Source of the DNA: Moniliella sp. 'wahieum'
Lineage: Eukaryota
Assembly: GCA_003971905.1 (NCBI GenBank)
Contig: RSEE01000082.1
Location: 1 to 64,000, forward strand
Direction: 5' to 3'
DNA length: 64,000 nucleotides
Position numbers and translations under genes: made by a program. Below are positions 49,693-62,577 of this stretch, in pieces. Under the pieces are notes generated by a model. The model was given only the letters and a program-made list of their open reading frames with translations. It was not told the DNA's origin and made no database searches. Numbering within the stretch: position 1 is the first letter of the stretch; every line of letters starts with the position of its first letter.

Positions 49693-51559
49693 CCAGTTGT
49701 CCGAGAAGAAAACTCGCATCGATCACACCTGTGCGTTGTTCTCCCCACCATAATGTGTTGAAGGTGCAGTAGCCTCCCATCAGGCCAAACTTTCGCTCGA
49801 TTTGCTATCGTGACGAGATACAACACAGATCTTCACCCTTCACATCTGGTCTATCCCACGTCCGATCTCAGAGCCATTAAGATACGAGCGAAAGACTACT
49901 GATTCCACTGCACTCTCTGGTTGATGCAGTGAAGTACACGAGGGGCTGCGCCCTTCATTCTTTCCAGCGCAACATGCCGAATGGACTGGCGCAGCCCAAC
50001 TCTACCTGCGTGCTTTCTTAAAGGCTAGAGTATGACCATGTCGTGACCACACTTTTGTCGACTTTCTCCTGACTAGTGACTGTGGGTACAATCCACCACC
50101 ATACGGCTTAACCCGTCATGCATGGGCCGTAAAAATTCTTTTGCCGGTGTCCCACCCGACCCTTTGGGGCAAAGCGGGGAGGACGATCCGCCTCATCGTA
50201 AGTGAAAAGTAGTTTCATTTGCCGTTGATGGTGTCGTCCGGACAATCGAACCATGCACCACGCTTCCTTGCTTCCTCACACCCAACAGGGGGCGCTGGAG
50301 CGTCACGTACTAGTTTACGATCTTGTGTGATCGTCTAGGCCTCCAGCCGTGTTCCTGTACCTTCCTGAGAAGCGTGTTCAACTTGGTCTCCAATATCCGT
50401 GCTCTGTGCCATTCCCGTCGTCGCAGGTGCACTTGGACCGGCCCTCAGGCGCGCGGGCGACAGCGAAGCTGGAGAGACTTGGGTTGGTTGGTACAATAGG
50501 TGGGGTGGGGTGGAAAGGTTATGGTGATGGACAAAAGAGGCCAAAACAGGCACCGACGTCATGGTGTGTGTGTCTTGGGTAGAAGCACAACCCGCAGCTA
50601 CTTGATGTTGCTCATCACTAGCATCACTCCAGTGCGCCTGCCCCATCCCAGTCCTTGTGGACAACTGGGTCTTTGGATCTTGGGCATTCGGACGCTGTCA
50701 GCTATAGTTCTCCCAGCACGGCATGCCGGCCCATCAGGACCACCAGTAGCCACAGGATGGCCACGTCAACCGTCGCAGTCCATCATCCAGCGTTGGTGTC
50801 CTCCACGGGCGAGAAGCCGAGGATACAACGCGGGCGAGGGAGGACGGACTGAACGGGAGGGGGGGGGGGGGTAGACCGGTGGGGTGTTCCAAGCCCGTCC
50901 GCCTCGGGATGGCGCTTAACGTTTAACGTTTACGCGAAGAATAGCTTGCGCGCTTACATGCGCCATGAACGTTTAACCAATCCCAATGCATTAGCACGAC
51001 CGAATTGGAAAAAGACAAGCGCTAGGGCAGGAGGGATGATGCCATGATGCATGATGGATGATGCATGATGCCATGATGCATGGTTGAATGCTGTCCGGGT
51101 GGCTGGGCCGGACGTAGCCGGCTGAGGCGGCTGGTGCGGCTGGGTCCGGCTCAGGCGGGGTTGGGCAGGTGCCAAGCCGGCGGGCAGTGTGCTGAGTGAT
51201 GCATTACAAATGGCGCAGGGGGGCAGTGGTGCGGCGGCGCTTCTGAAAAAAGCGGGCGACGCAGCACAGCGCACAAGCAGCCCAGGACAGCCCAAGCGCG
51301 GGGAGCGGGAGCGGGAGCAGTGCGCTGCGGTGCGGTGCGAGGCCGAGCCGGCTGGCGCTTTTTTCGTGAAAGCTGAAAGCAGCGCACCGGGCGATGCACA
51401 CCATCACCCTCTGCACACTCACCGCTCCCCAGCCCCCCGGCAGCCCCGGCGGCGGGGAGGGTGCGGGGCGGCGTATTAGATCGCGTGTCTGCCCCATCTT
51501 CTGCCTTCCCACCACCACCCACCTCTCTGCCCCCTCTCTCCTCTCTCGCCTCTCCTCTC

Positions 51560-52532
51560 ATGCACGCCTGGCGACTTGATGGTATGTCCGACTCCCTGCT
51601 CTCTGCTCTCTGCCCTGCCCTGACACTCCCCTCCCCCCCGCAGCCGTCCGCGAGGACGTCAAGGCCATCCTCAAGAAGCCTGGCTACGACGACGGCTCCA
51701 TTGGCCCCGTCCTGGTCCGTCTTGCCTGGCACGCGCGCCGGCACATACGACAAGGAGACCGACACGGGTGGCTCCAACGGTGCCGGTATGCGCTACACGG
51801 CCGAAGGCGCGGACCCAGCCAACAATGGGCTGGAGAATGCGCGTCTGTTCCTCGAGCCGCTGAAGCAGAAGCACTCGTGGATCACGTATGCTGATCTGTG
51901 GACCTTGGCTGGCGCAACGGCCATTGAGGCACTGGGTGGCCCGCACATTCCTTGGAAACCGGGTCGGTCGGATTTCTCGACGACAGCCTGTTGCCCCCAG
52001 GGTCGGCTGCCCGATGCGTCGCAAGGCCAGGACCACTTGCGCGCCATCTTTTACCGCATGGGTTTCAACGACCAGGAAATCGTGGCCTTGTCTGGAGCGC
52101 ATGCGTTGGGCCGCTGCCACGCGAACCGGTCTGGGTTTGATGGTCCGTGGGTGGTCAACCCGACTCGCTTCTCGAATCAGTTTACAAGTTGCTGCTCAAG
52201 CTCAAGTGGCACCCCAAGGACTGGCAAGGCAAGCGTAAAGATGCGCCGTTCCAGTGGGCTGCCAAGGCCCCGGTGCCGACGATGACGATGAGGAGCTGAT
52301 GATGTTGCCGACCGACATGAGTTTGGCCAAGGACCCTTCGTTCCGCGTATGGGTGGAGAAGTACGCCGAGGACAAGGACTTGTTCTTTAAGGACTTTGCC
52401 GATGTGTTTAGCAGGCTGCTTGAACTGGGTGTCTACCGTGGACCGGACGGCATTGCCACCTTTGACAACTTGATCAAGGCCAAGAAGTATCAGAGCGCGC
52501 CGCCCAAGAGCTACCCTGGTCCTAAGCTCTGA
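51560..52532 (+). CDS. Class I heme peroxidase (cytochrome c peroxidase-like, non-mitochondrial type)
   Basis: Intron 51582-51643; [99 protein letters not shown]; ends PKL*. Confidence 0.95.
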
Positions 52533-53540
52533 GATCCCGATTGCTCGGTAAATCATATGCTGCTTTGAGGTTAATCTCTACCTTTTTGCCCGAACTCGCT
52601 TGTTGTGGCCCGGTTGTGAGGACCGCTTTTCTGTCTTGCGAAAATAGACCTGTATGGGGCAGCATTTCGCTTGGTTACGCGTTGAGGAACAGGATCAGGG
52701 GAGAGGGGGTGGAGGTGTAGGACAGAATGCAAGAATAAGAGACAGAGGTAGTGGCAAGGGACACGAACGAAGTACTACCAAGTACACCACTTCCAACAGC
52801 GTGTATGAGAAGATTGGGACCCAAAGTGGGACGTAAAATGCCATGAGATTGATATTGACCGACGGCTTGGGTAGCTTCAATCTTCCAGCTGGGAAATCAG
52901 ACTGTTCTCTCCCTCGTCCGAGGGCCTCTTCTCGTGGCAGATCGGGAGAACCTTCAAGTGAAGCTTCTGACAAGCTTCATGGGGTTAGTTTCATGGGGTA
53001 TTGGCGACCCAAGACGCCCTGAGAAACGAGTCACCTGTAAGTAGGTCCCCTGTCCACTCCAACTTGAACGTCGCAGCAGATACTGTCTTCCCATGCCATC
53101 TGCACTGCACCTTTGACAGCTTTCGCTTTAGGACCAGTTGGCTCCATCGTGGAGCCTGTGCTGCACGACACGGGCTGGTGTACGCCCAGCGTACGCCTCG
53201 TCGGTGAGCTACTATAGTGTTGTTGGGAGATCAAGGTGTAGGTGGAGCGTTCCGTTCTGGTCCCCTGTGGTTGCCAGGATACTGGCCAGCTGCCTTGGCA
53301 CAAAGTGGAGAGGGGCAGAGCAAGAGCCCATACGCCCCAATCGGCAGGCAGACACACAGGGGTCGTGCCAGGCACAGCACACGCGGGTGCAACGTGCAAC
53401 CCTAACCCCGGCTATTTCAGGGGCAGCCGCGCGGGGGCGGAGGGGGGTGGGTAGGGTGCCCCCCGTCGGAGCTGGGCGGCGGGCGGAGGGCGTCGGCCGT
53501 GGGCGCGGGGCGAAGGCCAAGGGCGGGGCCGCGACCACCA

Positions 53541-55798
53541 ATGGCGCGCTCGACGTTTGCTGGCTCGGCCGCGTCGCTGCTGGCGCGTGCGCATGCTGCG
53601 CCTGACCAGTGGAGCGAGTCGACGCTGCTGCTGTACGAGCGGGCGGCCAATGCGTGCTCGTTTGAAAACGACGAGCGCGCAGCAGGCGACACGTTCATGC
53701 AGCTCGTCCGTCTCCATGCCGAACTCGCCTTCTCGGACGACGCTACTCTGCCTGCGTCGCAGGCTGACGGCTTGCCCTCCGCCTCTGTCCTCCTCATCGA
53801 CCGTGACCAGCGCCGCCAGCATCTCCGTCTCGCCATTGAATTCGCCGCCAACGCCCGTCGGTCCTACTTGTTTGCCAACTCGCTGTGTCCGTCCTCCCCT
53901 CCCCCCCCCCCTAACCCTCGTAACCCTCTTACCCCTCTGTTTCTTTTGGCTGGTTTGCTCCTGTGCACCGTACTGACGTGATGACGCGCGTACTGCGTCC
54001 TGCGTACTGCGTCCGCTCCCTGCAGCCCAGCTCGAGGCCACAGCAGCGATCGTCGAGCTGCGGTACCACCTCGGCGAACGCGACAAGACAACGGCCGACG
54101 AGATGTTTTTGGCACAGCACCATTCCTTGGCGGGCAATGCGGCGGATGCGGCCGACTGGTACTGGCGTGCGGCGGCGGTCGGGTGCAAAGCGCGTGGAAG
54201 ACAAGCCTGCAGATCCATTTGAGTGCGTATTTTTCTCGCTGGTCTTAACTCTGGGGGGGGAAGGAGGAAGGAGAAGGGAGAGGGGAGAAAGGGACCTGGG
54301 ACACAGTGTGGTTGAGCCTCAGTGCTGACCATTCATTCATTCGTTCATTCATTCGTGTGGCCTTTGGGGCAGGTCGTTTGAGGAGCCGAACGCAGCGGCG
54401 TACCGTAACTTTACCCAGTCCATTTCGCACCTTCTTCGTGTGGGTCGGTACACCCAAGCCGCCAGTGTCGCTCTCAGTCTCGTCTCGACGCCCAAGTTGA
54501 TCGTTCAGGACCAGTCGCGGTACTATGCGCTAGCGTCGCTGTGCTTGATTGCGGCCAAGTTGCCAGACAAGGTGCCGAAGCAGCACTACATGCACGGCAG
54601 CAAGAACTTTGCCGTGAGCGAGAGTGGACAACGTATCTTGGCCCTGGCCAAGGCGTGCGCCACACGCAACTTTACCGAAGTCGATTCATTGTTGAAGAAG
54701 AGAAACGGTGAACCAGCTTGTGCCCACCGTTCCCTCCAGCGTCGATGGCGGGGTCAACATCATGCCCCAGATCATGCCCATCTTGGACACGATCAAGTTC
54801 GAGTACGGCACCTACACTGGGAAAGAGAAGAATGGGCGGAGCGTAACGACCGCGACCGATTCGCAGCACTACCACGACCCTTTGCCGACCACGGCAGCAA
54901 GGGTAAACAGCGTGCGCCGAGTGTGTCAGGTTCCTCGTGGTGGCTGTACCCACGGGCGCGGGGGCAGGATGCTCTCCCACCCGATTCGGCCACTGCATCC
55001 TTACTGGCTGCGTCGCGTGCTACGCCGCTGTCCACCGCCCGCCGAGTATGTACCGCGTTGCGTCTCCGACCCTTCTTGATGGGCCGATCGAGCTTGGCGC
55101 ACGTGGCTGCGTACGCGTCCTGCCCACCCCTCCACCAGGCACGTTCCCTGCCTCGGGTCCTATCTCACGCACGACCACCGGCAGCTCCGCCGGCATGGGC
55201 ACAGCTTACCCTCCTTCGCTCATGTCTGCGCCTGCTTCGGGGTACGCGCCAGGCGGAACAGGTACGCCGCACCAAGTGCAGCTGGGTACGCTCCTCGGTC
55301 TACCCTGCTTCGTGCCGGAAGATGCACTGGCCCCCCGTGCCAGGGTACGATCAACTGTATGACCACCTACCGCAGCTGACCCAGCCTTCGGACGCGCAAC
55401 TTGTTCCGCCGCCTACGGACCGGCCTGAACCTGCCGTCGCGCCTCTCCCGCACCTCCGTGGCAGGAGCCAGAACTAGTAGTACCCCGCTCCCCCCTACGC
55501 CTGTGGGGCCGCAAACGCAGCAACCGCCACAAACGTCGCAGGGCGGGGACGGGTGCACCGGCTCTGCCTTTGCCCCCGGTTGCTCATCCCTCGTTACCTG
55601 TTCCCCCTACAGCACCTCCTGTCCCGCCCAGCTCGTCTGGCACCAGCACCGGTGCGGGCCAAGCGAATGCAGCTGCGGGTGCGGCTCCCCCTCCCCTCCC
55701 CCCACTGGCGCGGGGGGCGAGGAAGCGGCGCCTCCGCCGGCGTATGCTCCGCCGCCCAAGGGCAGTCGTTTTCCCACTTTTTGCGCAGCAAGAATTAA
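53541..55798 (+). CDS. Divergent SNAP (NSF-attachment protein)-like helical-repeat protein with a Pro/Tyr-rich tail
   Basis: LYERAANAC..AAGDTF; in-frame splice 53887-54025 gives GNAADAADWYWRAAA; second intron ~54222-54372; GRYTQAA..SRYYALASLCLIA..NFAVSESGQRILALAKA; tail contains PPAY. 3' end approximate. Confidence 0.55.
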
Positions 55799-58131
55799 GG
55801 GTTTGGTTTTTTTCGAGGGACGACTGCTACTCTACTTGAGTTTCGAGGCTCAGTACTCAGTACTCAGTACTCGGTACTCATCAGTCTACACCCCCTTCCC
55901 CTACGTCTATAACTCACCCTTCCCCGACGGGTGCTTGCCTCTCATCTTGTTAACCCCCGCGCGCTTTTATCCCTTTGGGGTTTGTCTCCTGCGTTGGTTG
56001 AGCGTGCTCAGGAGTGGGACTTTGAGTAGAATCCGGATTGGGACTGGGACTGGGATTAGGACTGGGAGTAGGGTTGGGATTTGGGTTGTACGTTGAAGCT
56101 TGAAGGTTGAGTGGAAGCTGTGCCCGTTGGTGGTGGGGAACCCCCTGGCATCGATATATACCTTTCCCCGCCCTTGGTCCCGTCGGTTGCCCTGGAGTTT
56201 CGGTTTGCGTTTTACCTTTTTTTTGCCTTTTTGCCTTTTTTGCCTTCTTGTTGCCTTTGTTGCCTGTTTTGCTCCCCCCGACCTCGTCACTCGTTTTGGC
56301 GTTGATGCACTTTGATTGGCTGGTTTGCTTCCGCTTCCGTTGGGTCGTGTGGCAAGGGAGACGTGGAGCGGTTGGAGGGTACGCAGGGTATGCAGCGTAT
56401 AATAGTGGGGTAGCGGAATCCTCAGTGGGAGAAGCGGGTGGGACATAGATGGGACATTGGTGGGACATGGGACACGGAGGACACGTACGGGACTGAAGTA
56501 CTCTGCCGCACCACCATTGAAATAAGCCCAATACTGCCAACGCTACTAGTAGGACAGGTACACCCAACTAGCTGTGTACCCCAGTCACCCGAGCGACGGC
56601 TACCATCGTTCCAACGTACACCCCACTCCCAACTCCCCCACTCTCTCATCTTACCTTTCACCTTCCCACTTGCCATGCACTACGTAGTACGCTGAGCTGA
56701 GCAACAAAATTCAAGCAAAACAAAGTGATCCAATGAACAGAGCCCTTCTCCTCTTCCCCTTCTCCCCTTTCCCTCTTCACTTGATTTCCAGCCTCCATAA
56801 AGAAAGGAAAGCGTAGGGAAGGGGCTACACGGCAAAAGACAAGAAGACCGGGGGGGGGCGAGAAGGGCAGAAAACAATTAAAAAAAAACGTAAGGTGGGC
56901 GTGACGTGCGAAATAAAGTGTACGACGGTACCGCTCGTTTTCCCGAAGCACGAGAGGGGGGGAGGGGTGAAAATCCCGGGCAATGAGGGCAAGGGAGGGA
57001 AAGCGAGGGACGAAAGGGAGGAAGGAGGAGCAAAGGGAGCGCGGGGGGGTTGGGAAAGCGATGAAAGACAGACATTATATTAGAAGGTAACATTGAAGGC
57101 AAACCATTTCTGCATTTAGGCATTTAGGCAATTAGGCGTTTGCACATTTAAGTTACGAATCAAAGCTGGGGACGAACCAAACGACTCTCCCCCCCTTCCC
57201 AACTCCTCACAGGAGTTGACTGAGGAGTGGGCTGAGGAGTGGGCTGAGGAGTTGGCACAGGCGCAGGTTCCGGACGATCATCGTCTCACAAGAGGGTAAG
57301 GTAGAACGTAGAATCGATCCACGACTGAGCAAAAGCAAGGAAGCAACCCGCGTACCAGGGACTATTCCAACCCCGTCATCCGGTACCCCCCCCTAAGCAA
57401 AAAAAAACAAGAACGAAGAATGTAGCATGAAGAAAGAGTAGGATATAACATCGCGATGCAGCCAGGCAGCGTAAGAGACTCAAGGTTCAAAACTCAAGAC
57501 TCAAGACTCAAGACTCAAGATTCAAGACTCAAAGTGCAAGGCGCAAGAGCGGGGTGGGAAAGGACAATAAAATGCAGTGGGGAGAGTTGGTTAAGGGGTT
57601 CGAGCACGGGCATAAAGAGGAAGGATAATGATAAGGATAAGGATAAGGGGAAGGATAAGGGGAAAGGAAGGAAGGGGAAAGTGAAGGGAAGGAGAAGGGA
57701 AGGGAAGGAGAAAGGAAAATGTGAAGGGCTGGGAGGAGAGAGGGGGGACTGATCCGTGACGCGAAACCAAGCCCGTTTCCGGCCAAACAACGCCCAGCGT
57801 GAAGCGCCCAGCGCCGGCTAAACCCAACAGAACCAAACCACAACAAAAAAATGAAGAAAAGAAAGAAAGGAAAGAAAGAAACAAGCAGACCAAGGTAACG
57901 CGTGTGGCTGACCAGCAAAACCAGCAGGCGCACTTTCCGATCGTTGTAGCATACCATACGTGTGGCGGCGGGTGGGGTCACGATAGACAGTCCAAATGGA
58001 TTCGGGAATTGGGGATTGGGAATTGGGATGGGGGGTGGGGGATTCGACGTGAGGCCTTGCCTTAGCCCGGCCTTAGCAGCCTTAGGCAGGCCCTAGGTGG
58101 GCCTTAGGTGCGGCTTAGTAGCCTTTAAGCT

Positions 58132-61100
58132 TTAGTACGCAGTGGAGTAAAACGGGTTAGCATTGTACCCGCCATAGCCATGGTGCGACGGTGGGGGGTG
58201 GGCCTCGCCAGCCTCGCGTCCGGGCAACGAGAGGGAGAGGGACAACGACGCGAGTGACCGATCAGCAAATGGGTCCGAACCAGAACGTTCTGACGCGCGG
58301 CGATCGTCGTACCCGCGTGCGGCTCGGTACTCGTTCTCATGCCCGGTCTCGTGCACGGACTCGTACTCGGCAATGTACTCGTCCTGAGCTTGGTAGGCAG
58401 CTTGGATCCGCTGCGACTCAGTAAGCACACTAGCTGCGTCGGAGGTCCCGATCGAGTAGGCTTTGGCTTGCGCGGGAGGTTAAGCCCGACAGAGCAGGGG
58501 AGGAAGGGATGGGTGCGAGGCCAGGAGCGCGCGGCAGCGCAAGTTGCTCAGTCGTAGAAGATGAAGTGAGCGACCAGGTCAGACCCGTCATGCCCGTCGC
58601 GACTGAAGCACGCTGCGATTGCACAGATTGTCCAGTGGTCACGATCGCTGTGTGCTCGGCAAACGGGTTGTCTTGCCGCATTTGGACGTCCCTTTGCCCT
58701 TGCCCTTGGGCTTGTCCTTGTCCGGCTCCCGCGGGGAGGGGGAGGACGGAGAGGAGAAGAAGTGCGCGTGGGAGTAGGAGTGGAACCGTCTCGTGCGCTG
58801 TGCGACGCACTGGTCCTTACGATCCCCCCGCGGCAGCGACATGGGAAGCGGGGGAAGCAGGGGACCCTGGTTCTTGTTCCATAGACATAGCCATTGACGT
58901 AGACGTTGACACCTCCATCGCCGTTGGGTCCCAGGTTTCGCGCAATCCGATGGAACGTATCGTAACTTGACGCTGTAACGGGCTGGTACCCCATACCGGT
59001 TCGTCCGTTTCGCGTTTCTCCCGTGCTAGCGCAGCGTCCCTTCCGTCCTTTTTCTTTTTCCATAGTAGCACGCCCACCAGTGCCGCAGCAAGCAGGACGA
59101 CAAGCGGTACAAATACCCCAATCAACGCGTCCCGTACCGTATTCTTGTGCCCGTTGCCTGTACCAGACGCATTGAGCTGCGCTGACTTGGTGTTCCCCGC
59201 GCCGGAGAGCACGTTGAACCCCGGGGTGATGAACGAGGCTAGTTGCGCATTGATCCCATGCGTTTGGTTGGTGAACAAGGCCGAGGCAGGATGGTTGACA
59301 GCATCTTGCAATGCTGCCACCAAGCCTTTAGGTATGTACGCCTCGTACGTCGTTTGTGAATGCCAGTTGGTCGCGTCCACTTGACCGTTACCGTGGTACG
59401 CTTGCAGACCATACGTGATCACTTGGGCTGGCGAAATGCCCAGACCCGTAGCAACGACCGTAGGCATAAAACTGAACAACTGCGCCGGAAGCTCGCCCGC
59501 ACTCGGACCCGCCACATTGGACCACATGACCGACTGATTAAACAGCAGAGAAATGCTGGTCGTGTTGATCGGCTGTTGCGGGCTACCGTCCATCGGTGCA
59601 ATCGTCGCGGGAAGAGGGGCTGGCAACGCCGAGGACGACGTAGGCGCCACGGAGGAAGAATAGGATACCGTGGCGCCAGCCGAGTAGCCACTGTTCGATT
59701 CGGCGGGGTTGATGGAGCCTGAGAAAGAAGAGCTGATAGGAAGCAGCAGCGCGCTGCTCGGCGCATAATTGTAATAGTTGGTGTACTGACTCGAGGAGCT
59801 GGAACTGCTCTGGGACTCGGAGCTGGACGATGCAGACCAAGAGGACGTAGCCGAGCTGCTGCCAGAATCTTGCGACTCGCTATGCGACGCCGACGACTCT
59901 GACCCACTTGATGCGGACCCGGACCCGGACCCGGACCCACTCGATCCCGAAGCGGATGGACCCGAAGCGGCAACAGAAAACGAGTCCGTCGGATCCGTAT
60001 CCGTAAACGTAGATGTCGCGGTAGCGTCCGAGGAGATTGCCGTAGAAGACAAAGTAGACGACGTACCGTAATTGCCCCACGTCTTGGATGCGCTGCCACC
60101 CGACCATTGCGCGCTCGAAGCCGGGTAGGCGGACGAGGCGAGGCTAAAGCTAGAGCTGGAGTCCGAAGCAAAGCTGGAACCAAAAGCCGAGCTCCAGCCC
60201 GAACCGGAACCAGATCCAGATCCAGATCCAGATCCAGATCCAGATCCAAACGCGGAGCTGGTGCCAGAAGCCGGTACCGAGCTGCTGTCCGACCCCGACA
60301 CCACGCTAGATCTGCTTCCTGAGGCGAGGGAAAAGCCGCTGCCGGAGCGAGACGAACCAGAAGAGCTACCGTCAGCCGAGGAAGTGGGGGAGACCGGTGT
60401 TGCGTCGCTTGAGGAGGTCGGACTGTAATGGTGGTGGTAAGGAGAGGAAGAGGGAGACCAACTTGCCGCGCTCGAACTTGGCGTCCACTCAGACGAGATG
60501 TCCGTCGGGCTGTCTGCCGAACTTGACTGGCTCCAAGACGAGGAGGGTAACGGAGACCACCAGAGACTGCTCGAGCTCGACGAGGCTGATGCCGAGTCGG
60601 AGTCCGACGCCGAGTCTGACGCCGAGGACGAACTGGACCACGGACGGTGGTGCCGGGTGCTCGAAGGCGTGGGAGAAAATGCACTGCTGGAAGCTGAGGC
60701 CGAAACTGGGGAGCTGGTCGGGCTGGACCAAGTGGGGGAAGCAGATTCAGGTGCAGACGCCCAAGTATCCGTCGAGGTATCCGTCCAGGTATCCGTCGGG
60801 GAGTGGGGGTGGTGGTGCGGAGAGGGGCTAGAGGCAACCACCGTCGAACTGGACAGATCCCATCTGGTCGTGGCCGAGCCAGAGGCAGACGCAGTCACGG
60901 TCACGGTCACGGTCCAACTATCATTACTTGCAAGGCCAGACGAAGAGGAAGAATGGTGCTGGCCAAGGCTCGGGCTGCTCGAGGGGCTCCAGCTAGGGAC
61001 GCGGACGCGGACGAGTCCTGATCCGTGGAGGAGGAGGGGGAGGGAGAAGAGGAGCTCGATGGGTCGCTTGAGGACGAGACGGAGGAAGCAGAGGGGTACG

Positions 61101-61750
61101 GGATCGGGGTGACGGTTGCGGAGCTTGAATGCGTCGGCTCACTCTGCGTAGGTGCCTTGCTCGATGAGGAATTGTCGCTGTCACTGTCGCCGTCACTGTC
61201 GTTGCCACTGTCACTGTCGTTGGAGCTGGAGCTGGCGCTAGAGCTGGAGCTAGAGCTGGAGCTGGGGCGGTCGACAGAGGGGTGCGGGAGCGGAGAACTC
61301 TGGCGCGTGGCGGAGGGGGAGGAAGAAGGAGAAGAGAGAGAGGAAGGAGAAGAAGAAGGAGAAAAAGAAAAAGAGGAGGAGGCAGCAGATTGGGTGGCTA
61401 CCCTGGCATCATGGAGGAGCTGTTCCCACCACTCGTCCGACGCGTCGCGCGGCTGGAGGGGCGTGGACGTGGGCGGGGAGGCGGGCAAGATGGCGATGGC
61501 GGTGGCGGGCAGGGAGGTCGGGCGCGAGTGGCCTGAGCTGGTGGGCGTGGGCGTCGCGGGCAAGGGCGAGGGCGAGGGCAAGGGCAAGGGTGAGGGTGAG
61601 GGCAAGTGGGAGGGCGAGGAGGCGGCGGTGGAGATGCATGGTGCGGTCGGACGCGCACACCACCAGGGCAGGCGAGGGCAGGGAGAGGCGTCGCAGCCGC
61701 TGGGCTCGGCGGGGGGGTGGGAGGCGTAAGGATCGTGGAGGCGCAAGCGC
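58132..61750 (-). CDS. MSB2: Signalling mucin Msb2/Hkr1-like
   Basis: Long Ser/Thr-rich ectodomain; HMH-like region PLPATIAP..TTSISLLFNQSVMWSNV..AQLFSFMP..LQAY..AYIPKGLVAALQ..PASALF; single TM ALIGVFVPLVVLLAAALVGVLLW followed by KKKK; cytoplasmic tail. Start not resolved. Confidence 0.82.
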
Positions 61751-62577
61751 GCGGCAGGGAGCGTGGGTGCGCGGGCGGAGGGGGATGGGGAGGGGGAGGT
61801 GGTGGTGGTGGTGGTGAGGATGCGGGTGCGGGTGCGGGTGGTGGGGGTGCGGGCGTGCCTGCTGGGCAGACAGCACCTGCTGGACACAGGCCATGACAGG
61901 CGCCGTGCATGGCTCTGCGGGGGGGCGTGCTGAGCGGAGCGCATAAAGCTTGCCGCATGCATGATGCATGATGCATGCGGCAGCTCGGAACGTCTGAACA
62001 TTGCAGCTGCAGATCACCAGCCGGCAGGGGCGGCTGGCGCCGTGCCGGGTGGTCCGCCGTGCTGCCGGGTGGAGCTGCTGGTAAGGGACATGGCACCACA
62101 GGGCACAGCGCAGGTGCGCTGGCAGGAAGTGTGGCCTGCTGCGGGCCGCCCTGACATGCGTCTGACATGTGACGTGCGGCATGTGACACCGCAGGGGCAG
62201 GGTGGGTGGCGACAAACGACGCATGATCGATGATGGTTTCTGCATACGGCATGGCGGCGGCGGGGATTGACATGTGACATGTGACATGCGATACACACTC
62301 CGCCTGCCGACGCACAATCCGAGCCTGTGCTGGCCTGTGCTGGCCTGTGCTGGCCTGCGCTGGCCTGCGCTGGCCTGTGCTCCTCGCAGCCCCCCTTGCG
62401 CTTGGGCATGCCAGCCACGCGCACCCCCTTGCATACCCGAATAGCACTCCTCCCATTCCGCATTCAGCAGCTGCCAGCATCTGCGATCCATCTCCCATGT
62501 CAATCTCACATCGCACCACCCACGTGACCCTCCTGCGCCACATTCCCCCCGCTCGGCCCATCAAACAGAAAAAAGAC

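Noticed and set aside
53398..53935. Interstitial CCCTAACCC matches (~53399, ~53909)
   Set aside because: Single short matches in C-rich promoter or intron sequence, expected by chance.
33900..55800. Functional cluster of trafficking genes (Atg12, Snc1, SNAP-like)
   Set aside because: They are interspersed with unrelated genes; no evidence beyond chance adjacency.
55950..56567. 205-aa minus-strand ORF with a hydrophobic N-terminus
   Set aside because: Low-complexity sequence, non-ATG start and no recognisable domain; cannot be supported without expression data.
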